Source: Lentibacter sp. (lineage in GTDB: Bacteria; Pseudomonadota; Alphaproteobacteria; Rhodobacterales; Rhodobacteraceae). Taken from it: a stretch of DNA of 32,000 bases. Below, piece after piece: positions 25,257-32,000 of the stretch. The stretch covers positions 1 to 32,000 of the forward strand of contig NZ_JAQWYD010000007.1 of NCBI RefSeq assembly GCF_029254145.1, read 5' to 3'. The notes below the pieces were generated by a model. That model saw only the letters and a list, made by a program, of their open reading frames with translations, was not told the origin of the DNA and did not search any database. The position numbers and the translations under genes were made by a program. How positions within the stretch are numbered: the stretch's first letter is position 1; each line of letters begins with the position of its first letter.

Positions 25257-25339
25257 CAGGCGACTCCGTAGACGGAAGCATAGAGCATGAGCAGCACCAA
25301 GAGTGCAAAGGCCAGTTTTTGCAAGCCAGTTTCGGTCAT
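25256..25339 (-). CDS. candidate 27-aa hydrophobic peptide, coupled to the XpaC-like gene
   Basis: It reads MTETGLQKLAFALLVLLMLYASVYGVA. The TGA overlaps the downstream ATG (TGATG). A G-rich stretch (GGTGGGGA) lies just upstream. It is too short for the ORF track. Confidence 0.3.
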   Translation of the reverse strand: MTETGLQKLAFALLVLLMLYASVYGVA

Positions 25340-25456
25340 AAATCCCCACCAATCCCCATCGTTACTGAGACTTAAGGTAGGGGACGCATGCGCGAGGCGC
25401 TAGGGGGAAACGGCGAAGATTTGCTTCAAGGCAGAGTTTCGCCCGTCTGTTTTGGC

Positions 25457-26278
25457 TCAGCGGGTACGGCGGCGGACCGGTTTTTTGCCGCGAGTGGGCT
25501 TTTCTATCACTGGATCGGGCATTTCTAAGCCAAGCTGATCGCGGATGACTTTAGCGCGCAGTTCCTGCACTTCGCCTTGCTTGAGATCGCCAAGTTGAAA
25601 GGGGCCGTAAGAGACGCGGATCAGGCGGTTGACTGAGAAACCGACGGCTTCCATGGCGCGGCGGATTTCGCGGTTTTTGCCTTCGCGCAGGCCGATTGTG
25701 GCCCATGCGTTGGCGCCTTGCTGACGATCAAGTGTCACGATCATGGGTTGGAAGTTTTCGCCATCCACGGTGATGCCCTTGCGTAGCGGCTCAAAGCTTT
25801 CTTCGGTGGGACGGCCCTTGATGCGCACGCGGTAGCGGCGCAGCCAGCCTGTAGAGGGCAACTCAAGCTGACGCTTGACGCCTCCGTCGTTTGTGAGGAG
25901 CAAGAGCCCCTCTGAGTTGAGATCAAGTCTGCCAACTGTCATGACACGGGGCAGCTCTTCAGGGAGCTTGTCAAAAATTGTGGTCCGCCCCTGTTCATCG
26001 CTGTTGGTGCTCACGAGGCCTTGGGGCTTGTGATAGAGCCACATACGGGGCGGCTCCGGGGCTTTGAGAGCCTTGCCATTAACAACAACCTTATCAGCAC
26101 TTGTCACATTGAGTGCAGGGCTCGTGATGACCTTGCCATTTACAGAAACGCGGCCTTGCTCGATCAACCGCTCAGCTTCGCGGCGAGAGGCGACGCCTGC
26201 TCGGGAGATGACCTTCGCGATGCGGTCCCCTTCAGGTGTGGAAGAGGAGGGGGCTGTTGGTTTGGATGTGTTGCTCAT
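25457..26278 (-). CDS. rluB: S4-domain pseudouridine synthase, RsuA/RluB family
   Basis: It has an S4 domain (RIAKVISRAGVASRREAERLIEQGRVSVNG) and the catalytic motif GRLDLNSEGLLLLTNDG. The C-terminal tail is basic. Confidence 0.9.
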   Translation of the reverse strand: MSNTSKPTAPSSSTPEGDRIAKVISRAGVASRREAERLIEQGRVSVNGKVITSPALNVTSADKVVVNGKALKAPEPPRMWLYHKPQGLVSTNSDEQGRTTIFDKLPEELPRVMTVGRLDLNSEGLLLLTNDGGVKRQLELPSTGWLRRYRVRIKGRPTEESFEPLRKGITVDGENFQPMIVTLDRQQGANAWATIGLREGKNREIRRAMEAVGFSVNRLIRVSYGPFQLGDLKQGEVQELRAKVIRDQLGLEMPDPVIEKPTRGKKPVRRRTR

Positions 26279-26340
26279 AAGGCCCGCTTAGAGCATTCGC
26301 GGCTCTTGCGAAAGAGGGCTTTCATGGGGCATGTGGAGAT

Positions 26341-26787
26341 ATGGTGTTTGATACGCATATGGATGTGGCTTTGAGAGAGGCTGAAGCGGCAGGGGCGCGT
26401 GGCGAAGTGCCTGTGGGCGCTTGTATAGTCATGAATGGTACAATTGTAGCGCAGGCGGGCAACCGCTGCCGCGAGTTAGATGACCCGACGGCCCATGCCG
26501 AAATGCTTGTGATCCGCGCCGCCTGCGCGGCCCTTGGGCAGGAGCGGCTTGAGGGGGCTGCGCTTTATGTGACGCTTGAGCCTTGCCCGATGTGTGCGGG
26601 AGCGATCTCCAATGCACGTCTGGCGCGGCTTTACTATGGGGCAGGTGACCCCAAAAGCGGGGGGGTGGCGCAGGGACCCCGTATATTTGGCCATGCGCAG
26701 TGTCATCATGTTCCTGAAATTTATGAGGGAATTGGCGCACGAGCCTCCGCGAGTTTGCTGGAAGCGTTCTTTGCGGGAAAACGCTAG
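26341..26787 (+). CDS. tadA: tRNA adenosine(34) deaminase
   Basis: 148 aa. It has the CDA zinc motifs HAEMLVI and PCPMCAGA. Confidence 0.9.
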   Translation: MVFDTHMDVALREAEAAGARGEVPVGACIVMNGTIVAQAGNRCRELDDPTAHAEMLVIRAACAALGQERLEGAALYVTLEPCPMCAGAISNARLARLYYGAGDPKSGGVAQGPRIFGHAQCHHVPEIYEGIGARASASLLEAFFAGKR

Positions 26788-26830
26788 GCCTCAGATCTAA
26801 TTGCCCTGCAGGTAATCCGATTTTTTGACA

Positions 26831-26880
26831 GGGCTGTCTGCCCCTCGAGCTCCCTCAAGGATATTTTTGGAGAGGAAAAG
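26831..26880 (+). repeat. intergenic repeat element, copy B
   Basis: It reads GGGCTGTCTGCCCCTCGAGCTCCCTCAAGGATATTTTTGGAGAGGAAAAG. It shares CCCCTCG-GCTCCC-CA-GGATATTT and a purine-rich tail with copy A, in the same orientation. Confidence 0.55.
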
Positions 26881-26899
26881 GTACAGTTGCGGGGTGGCA

Positions 26900-27595
26900 T
26901 CACGTGAAGCGAATGGGCTCGAGAACCTCTGGCTCTATCACTTCGACTTCGGGAAGCTCGCGAACTAAGAGGTCCGCAGATTGCTCCAAGATCGGGAAGG
27001 TGCGGTAGTGTCCAGGGATTAGTGTTTTGAATTTGAAGAATTTTTTGGCGGCATAGGCGACGCGGCGCATGTCCATTGTAAAGTGGCCGCCCGCCGAAAG
27101 CACGCCAATGTCAGGTGCATGAAGATCATGGATGATTTGCATGTCAGCCATAACCTCTGTGTCACCTGAGTGATAGATTGAATGGCCTTCGCCCTCGATG
27201 ACAAAACCGCATTCGGAGCCTGGAACATTGGGGCCTGTGTCTGTTCCAAATGAGCTCGAGTGAACTGCGTGCACCATTGTGACACGCAGGTTGCCGAGAT
27301 CTATTGTGCCGCCTTTGTTAAAGCCGATGGTTTCAATGCCTTCAGTGGCTTCCCAGTGCGTCATAAGATCATACTGGCCGACAACGGGTATCTTGAGCTG
27401 TCTGGCCAATGGAAGCACATCGGCGACATGGTCAAAATGGGCGTGGGTGAGCAGAATGTGGGTTGCGCCCTCGATGGCCTCTCCGTGTTTGCCTGCGGGC
27501 AGCATAGGATTGCCTGTGAGCCAGGGGTCTACCAAGAGGACTTTGCCGCCAATGACGTAGCGAAACGAGCCGTGGCCGAGCCAGAGGATTTGCAT
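26900..27595 (-). CDS. metallo-beta-lactamase-fold hydrolase (UPF0173-like)
   Basis: The ORF track gives 26900..27676. ATG 27595 (MQILWLGHGSF) has AAGGAG 8 nt upstream. It contains the HAHFDH metal motif. Confidence 0.85.
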   Translation of the reverse strand: MQILWLGHGSFRYVIGGKVLLVDPWLTGNPMLPAGKHGEAIEGATHILLTHAHFDHVADVLPLARQLKIPVVGQYDLMTHWEATEGIETIGFNKGGTIDLGNLRVTMVHAVHSSSFGTDTGPNVPGSECGFVIEGEGHSIYHSGDTEVMADMQIIHDLHAPDIGVLSAGGHFTMDMRRVAYAAKKFFKFKTLIPGHYRTFPILEQSADLLVRELPEVEVIEPEVLEPIRFT

Positions 27596-27783
27596 GATGT
27601 GTCTCCTTGAAAGGGCTTGAAAATGTCGAGGTCTGCGCCGTGTGCGAATTTGAGGCGCAATCGGGCGAAAAAGCAAGAACTGGGGCGAAAGCCTGCGAAA
27701 ACCGAGTGCTTGGGCTTCAGTTGAGGTTGAAGCGGGGCGCGCCGCGCGCTAAAGGCAGAGCAACACAGAAACGGAGAGACCCC

Positions 27784-28071
27784 ATGTCGATTGACAAGGA
27801 CACAGCAGCCAAAGTGGCCAAGCTGGCACGGATCAGAGTTGAGGCGGCGGATTTGCCTGCTTTGGCTGAAGAGTTCAACGCGGTGCTCGGCTTTATCGAA
27901 CAGTTGAGTGAAGTAGATGTGGAGGGAGTGGAGCCGATGGTCTCGGTCACGCCGATGCGTTTGCCACGCCGTGTCGACGTTGTGAGCGACGGAGGCCAGC
28001 AGGCCAAAGTGCTGGCGAATGCGCCTGATGCGCGTGAGGGATTCTTTGCGGTTCCGAAGGTGATGGAATAA
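27784..28071 (+). CDS. gatC: Asp/Glu-tRNA amidotransferase subunit C
   Basis: The ORF track gives 27607..28071. ATG 27784 ([17 protein letters not shown]) has GGAGAG upstream. At 95 aa it is the typical GatC length and sequence. Confidence 0.9.
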   Translation: MSIDKDTAAKVAKLARIRVEAADLPALAEEFNAVLGFIEQLSEVDVEGVEPMVSVTPMRLPRRVDVVSDGGQQAKVLANAPDAREGFFAVPKVME

Positions 28072-29558
28072 TGGGTGATCTGAACAAACTTACGATTGCA
28101 GCAGCACGAGACGCGCTTCGCAAGGGCGATGTGAGCAGTGCGGAGTTGACCGAGGCTTGTCTCGGCGAGATCGAGAGTGCGGGCGCTCTCAATGCGTTTG
28201 TGCATAATACCCCAGAGATTGCGCGCGCGCAGGCGGCGGCTGCCGATGCTCGGATCAAGGCGGGCGATGCGCCAGATATGTGTGGCATTCCGCTCGGAAT
28301 TAAAGACTTGTTCTGCACCAAAGGCGTGCCCTCGCAAGCCGCTAGCAATATTTTGAAGGGCTTTAAGCCTGAATATGAAAGCACTGTAACCAGTCAGCTC
28401 TTTGACGCAGGTGCGGTTATGCTTGGCAAACTCAATATGGACGAGTTTGCCATGGGGTCTTCAAACGAGACGAGCGCTTATGGCAATGCGGTGAACCCTT
28501 GGCGGCGGGATGGAAGCGAAGCGGCGTTGACGCCTGGCGGCTCCTCTGGTGGCTCTGCCTCAGCTGTTGCTGCGGACCTTTGCTTGGCGGCGACAGGCAC
28601 TGACACCGGCGGCTCGATCCGTCAGCCGGCGGCCTTTACTGGCATCACAGGTATCAAGCCGACCTATGGCCGCGTCTCACGCTGGGGTGTTGTCGCTTTT
28701 GCCTCAAGCCTTGATCAGGCTGGGCCGATGACCAAGGATGTGCGCGACGCAGCGATTATGCTGGAGGCCATGTGTGGCCATGACGCCAAGGACAGCACAA
28801 GTGCTGATCTGGCTGTGCCGAATTTTGAGGCGATGCTGACGGGAGACATCCGCGGCAAGACCATCGGGATTCCGCGCGAGTACCGCATGGACGGAATGCC
28901 AGAGGAGATCGAGAAGCTCTGGGCTGAGGGCACGGAGATGCTCAAGGCGGCGGGTGCGAAGATTGTTGATATCAGCCTGCCACACACGAAATATGCATTG
29001 CCAACCTATTATGTGATCGCGCCTGCGGAAGCCTCAAGCAACCTCGCGCGGTATGACGGTGTGCGCTATGGCCACCGCGCCAAGCTTGCCGCAGGTGATG
29101 GCATCACAGAGATGTATGAAAAAACGCGTGCCGAGGGCTTTGGGCATGAGGTGCAACGCCGTGTCATGGTCGGCACTTATGTTTTGTCCGCAGGGTTTTA
29201 TGATGCCTATTACAATCGCGCCCGCAAAGTGCGCACGCTCATCAAGCGCGACTTTGAAGAGGTTTTTGCCACGGGTGTCGATGCTATTCTCACGCCAGCG
29301 ACGCCAAGCGCGGCGTTTGGTCTGGGTGAGATGTCCGAGGCGGATCCAATTGCGATGTATCTAAATGATGTGTTCACTGTAACAGTAAACCTTGCGGGGC
29401 TGCCTGGCATCGCTGTTCCCGCGGGGACAGACAGCCAAGGCTTGCCTTTGGGCTTGCAACTGATTGGACGGCCTTGGGAAGAAGGTGACTTGCTGAATAC
29501 CGCCTATGCGCTTGAGCAAGCGGCTGGTTTTGTGGCCAAACCTGCAAAATGGTGGTAA
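28071..29558 (+). CDS. gatA: Asp/Glu-tRNA amidotransferase subunit A
   Basis: 495 aa. It has the amidase signature [13 protein letters not shown]. The ATG overlaps the gatC TAA by 1 nt. Confidence 0.95.
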   Translation: MGDLNKLTIAAARDALRKGDVSSAELTEACLGEIESAGALNAFVHNTPEIARAQAAAADARIKAGDAPDMCGIPLGIKDLFCTKGVPSQAASNILKGFKPEYESTVTSQLFDAGAVMLGKLNMDEFAMGSSNETSAYGNAVNPWRRDGSEAALTPGGSSGGSASAVAADLCLAATGTDTGGSIRQPAAFTGITGIKPTYGRVSRWGVVAFASSLDQAGPMTKDVRDAAIMLEAMCGHDAKDSTSADLAVPNFEAMLTGDIRGKTIGIPREYRMDGMPEEIEKLWAEGTEMLKAAGAKIVDISLPHTKYALPTYYVIAPAEASSNLARYDGVRYGHRAKLAAGDGITEMYEKTRAEGFGHEVQRRVMVGTYVLSAGFYDAYYNRARKVRTLIKRDFEEVFATGVDAILTPATPSAAFGLGEMSEADPIAMYLNDVFTVTVNLAGLPGIAVPAGTDSQGLPLGLQLIGRPWEEGDLLNTAYALEQAAGFVAKPAKWW

Positions 29559-29603
29559 GGGGCTGCGCAATTGCAAAGTTGCTTTGAAAAGGCAGGACAG
29601 ACT

Positions 29604-30365
29604 GTGAAAAATACTATTTTGATGAGTTTTGCAGGTTTGGCTCTCGCCGCCTGTGCGCCAGCGATCCTTGATAGCGGCGCGCTAAACACTGGCGATGGCG
29701 TCGGCTTTGGCAGCTACCAAGAGTATAGCGCGAAAGAAGCCGCACGCGAGGCGCAGCTGAGCCAAACAGCTTTGCCAGGTCCAAACGCTGTGAGTGAGGA
29801 AATTCTCGGGACGCCTGAAAGTGATGTGGCCTCGGAGGTCAGCGCGGTCTTGGATGCGACGCGTCCCAGCGGGCAGGTTCTGAACGCGAGCCCGAGCAAC
29901 CCAGCGCCCGCTGTGATCAATGCGGCGGGGATTTCAAATGAAAATGACTTTGGCGCTGTTGGCGAACAGCGCAGTATTGAAGACGACGCGGCGCGGCGCG
30001 CGGCGTTGAAAGCGCAGTATCAAGATGTGGCTCCGACGGCTGTGCCCACTCGGACAGGACGTGGTGGACCGAATATTGTTGAGTTTGCGCTCAATACATC
30101 AAATCCGCGAGGGCAAGGCATTTATCGCCGTGTCGGCTTGAACTTGCAGGCGAAATACACGCGCAACTGTGCGAAATACCCATCACCTGACTTGGCGCAG
30201 AGTGAGTTTCTGTCGAAGGGCGGGCCTGAGCGCGACCGTCTCGGACTTGACCCTGATGGTGACGGTTATGCCTGCTCCTGGGATCCTGCACCTTTTCGTG
30301 CAGCCAAGTCAGTAGGGCTGCAAGCGGAAGAGCCGCTGGATGCGGCAGCTGTTACGGGCGAGTGA
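29604..30365 (+). CDS. lipoprotein with a C-terminal Excalibur-like calcium-binding motif
   Basis: The ORF-track start at 29571 is a TTG. I prefer GTG 29604 (VKNTILMSFAGLALAAC, lipobox), with AGGA upstream. The C-terminus has CAKYPSPDLAQSEF...LDPDGDGYAC. ATG 29622 is an alternative start. Confidence 0.65.
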   Translation: MKNTILMSFAGLALAACAPAILDSGALNTGDGVGFGSYQEYSAKEAAREAQLSQTALPGPNAVSEEILGTPESDVASEVSAVLDATRPSGQVLNASPSNPAPAVINAAGISNENDFGAVGEQRSIEDDAARRAALKAQYQDVAPTAVPTRTGRGGPNIVEFALNTSNPRGQGIYRRVGLNLQAKYTRNCAKYPSPDLAQSEFLSKGGPERDRLGLDPDGDGYACSWDPAPFRAAKSVGLQAEEPLDAAAVTGE

Positions 30366-31045
30366 GCAACACGCTCACAATTTGCGATGTGATATCGCCA
30401 AATCAGGGCGCGCGGCGTGAGGCTGCGCGCCCTGATTTGCTTGTGATCCACTACACTGCGATGCAGAGCGCCGAAGCGGCGATTGCGCGACTGTGCGCGC
30501 CTGAAGCTGAGGTTTCTGCGCATTATGTGATCAGTGAGTGTGGTCAGATTACGCGACTTGTGCCCGAAGAAATGAGGGCATGGCACGCGGGCGCAGGGCG
30601 GTGGGGGGATGTCACGGATGTGAACTCCCACTCTATCGGAATAGAGCTGGCAAACCGTGGAAATCATCCGTTTCCCGAGCCGCAGCTGGCGCGCCTTGAG
30701 CTATTGATGTCTGAGATTATGGCACGCTGGTCGATCCCTCCCGAGCGGGTTATCGGGCATTCGGATATGGCGCCAGGACGCAAGGGTGATCCCGGTGCGC
30801 GGTTTGACTGGGCGCGCTTGGCGCGGGGAGGCTTGTCCGTCTGGCCTGATGCGGGCTCGGCCGGGGAGTTTTACGCAGATGCGGAGAGGTTTGGCTATCC
30901 TGTCGGGGATGTGGAGGATACGCTTATTCTTGAGGCCTTTCGTTTACGCTTTCGGCCATGGGCGTCTGGGAGATTGAGCTGCGAGGACGCGGCGTTGATG
31001 TCGGGGTTGGCGGCGCGCTGGCCGTGTAAACGCGTCTTTGTTTGA
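30362..31045 (+). CDS. N-acetylmuramoyl-L-alanine amidase, Amidase_2/AmpD type
   Basis: It has LLVIHYTAM...SAHYVI...AWHAG...NSHSIGIEL...GHSDMAPGRKGDPG. The GTG start overlaps the upstream TGA (GTGA). Confidence 0.85.
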   Translation: MSNTLTICDVISPNQGARREAARPDLLVIHYTAMQSAEAAIARLCAPEAEVSAHYVISECGQITRLVPEEMRAWHAGAGRWGDVTDVNSHSIGIELANRGNHPFPEPQLARLELLMSEIMARWSIPPERVIGHSDMAPGRKGDPGARFDWARLARGGLSVWPDAGSAGEFYADAERFGYPVGDVEDTLILEAFRLRFRPWASGRLSCEDAALMSGLAARWPCKRVFV

Positions 31046-31097
31046 AGGTTGCGTTGCCTCTGGCATCGTCTCATGCGCTTGCAAGCTCTCGCTTTTG

Positions 31098-31143
31098 GTG
31101 GGCTTCTCCCAGCCACCCCAGAGATATTTGGGGAAAGAAAAAG
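31098..31143 (+). repeat. intergenic repeat element, copy C
   Basis: It reads GGTGGGCTTCTCCCAGCCACCCCAGAGATATTTGGGGAAAGAAAAAG. An imperfect hairpin (GGTGGGCT/AGCCACC) precedes a tail that matches copy A at about 25 of 30 positions ungapped, and more with a 1-nt gap. Confidence 0.55.
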
Positions 31144-31157
31144 TGTAGATTGGACGA

Positions 31158-31186
31158 TTGACGGGCGTGGCGCGGAGTTCTATCTG
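31158..31186 (+). promoter_or_regulatory. sigma70-like promoter for rnpB
   Basis: TTGACG (31158..31163), a 17-nt spacer, then TATCTG (31181..31186). The predicted start, about 7 nt downstream, coincides with the first base of the P1 helix (31193). Confidence 0.45.
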
Positions 31187-31192
31187 CGAGGG

Positions 31193-31563
31193 GCGCGGAA
31201 GGCTGGGTGACCGCGGGGGGCCTTTGGGCGCCTCGAGGAAAGTCCGGACTCCACAAGACAACGGTGCCGGGTAACGCCCGGGCAGGGCAACCTGACGGAA
31301 AGTGCCACAGAGAAGAGACCGCTTTCTCACGAGGAAGTAAGGGTGAAACGGTGGGGTAAGAGCCCACCGGGGGGCTGGCAACAGACCTCGCATGGCAAAC
31401 CCCACTGGGAGCAATGCCGAATAGGAACCTCGCTATAAGCCGTCTTGGCTTTGAGGTTCGGGTTGGCAGCTAGAGAGGCGTTGGTAACAGCGCCTTAAGA
31501 TGAATGGTCATCCAGAGCGGGGCAACCTGCTTGGACAAGATCCGGCTTATAGGCCTTCCGTGC
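31193..31563 (+). ncRNA. rnpB: RNase P RNA, bacterial type A
   Basis: Universal motifs are present: GAGGAAAGTCCGGACTCCACA, GGTGCCGGGTAACGCCCGGG, ACGGAAAGTGCCACAGAGAA, AAGGGTGAAACGGTGGGGTAAGAGCCCACC, AGATGAATGGTCATC and ACAAGATCCGGCTTATAGG. The P1 helix pairs 31193..31203 with 31553..31563. The ends are accurate to within a few nt. Confidence 0.9.
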
Positions 31564-32000
31564 GTTTATCTGTTGTGACCACATAAAGACCAGCCAAGAG
31601 CAAGGCGGCGCCTGCGAGCTTGAGTGGCGTGGCAGATTCGCCCACGACGACGAGGGCGAGCACCCATGCAGTGAGCGGCTCGGCGAGCGCAAGCGTGACC
31701 GCTGTGGAGGCGGGCACGGATTTGAGGCCCCATGTGTAGAGTGCATAGGCGAGACCTGTTGAGCCCACCCCAAGCGCGAGAAGTGTGGCTGGAGCCGTGC
31801 CTGTCAGCGCCCAATGCCACGGGACAAACGCGAAAACAGGGGCCGTAAACAGGGCTGCGAGCGCAAAGGTGCTGGCGGCGATGGTCGCTGCGGGAGCGTC
31901 GGCGACCATTTTGGAGGAGGCGAGCGAGTAGCTCGCGTAGCTGAGACCTGCGGCTGCGGCGAGCAGGAGGCCAATAGAAGAGGCACCTCCTTGTGTGCCC
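31547..32000 (-). CDS. EamA/DMT-family transporter, C-terminal part (5' end beyond the window)
   Basis: The ORF track gives 31547..31909, but the frame stays open to 32000 (…GLLLAAAAGLSYASYSLASSKMVADAP…). It has hydrophobic EamA-like helices and ends LLLAGLYVVTTDKRTEGL. Confidence 0.75.
   Translation of the reverse strand, partial: GTQGGASSIGLLLAAAAGLSYASYSLASSKMVADAPAATIAASTFALAALFTAPVFAFVPWHWALTGTAPATLLALGVGSTGLAYALYTWGLKSVPASTAVTLALAEPLTAWVLALVVVGESATPLKLAGAALLLAGLYVVTTDKRTEGL

Noticed and set aside
26800-26830. CCTGCAGG palindrome and T-run after tadA as a possible terminator
   Set aside because: The palindrome cannot form a stable stem-loop (4-bp arms, no loop) and the flanks pair poorly, so I did not call a terminator.
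30944-31414. 156-aa and 98-aa minus-strand ORFs over 30944..31414
   Set aside because: They overlap the RNase P RNA gene and its promoter. The conserved rnpB motifs explain the sequence.

Overview
This looks like 32 kb of ordinary GC-rich alphaproteobacterial chromosome. The Rhodobacterales-like assignment is my inference from protein families and gene order. It is densely coded, and I found no mobile elements, CRISPR arrays, tRNA or rRNA genes. I support about 38 protein-coding genes and one RNase P RNA gene (rnpB, about 31193..31563, +). Recognisable genes: purB, bioY, carD/cdnL, fdxA, hslR-like, a large Suv3-like helicase, pepF-type M3 peptidase, a TraR/DksA zinc-finger protein, a 2Fe-2S ferredoxin, telA, rluB-like, tadA, gatC, gatA, an AmpD-type amidase, two EamA transporters and an orphan fliG. 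I moved several ORF-track starts to internal ATGs that have a Shine-Dalgarno sequence or a signal peptide. Three small features are missing from the track: a 50-aa secreted Cys peptide, a 27-aa TM peptide and a truncated 50-codon membrane ORF at the window edge. The most interesting region is a co-directional minus-strand cluster at 19288..25339: small TM peptide, XpaC-like membrane protein, TelA, DUF2927-like exported protein, SPFH protein with a GYF-like tail, double zinc-ribbon TM protein, nitroreductase. The two TelA-side genes each carry a single in-frame stop codon (TAA at 24954..24956, TAG at 23303..23305), and clean coding sequence continues beyond each. Other observations: a roughly 30-50 nt intergenic element in three same-orientation copies, two DUF2927-like paralogues sharing an identical 20-mer, and rnpB overlapping the end of a convergent gene. 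All homology calls come from motif recognition by eye and from memory. No searches were run.
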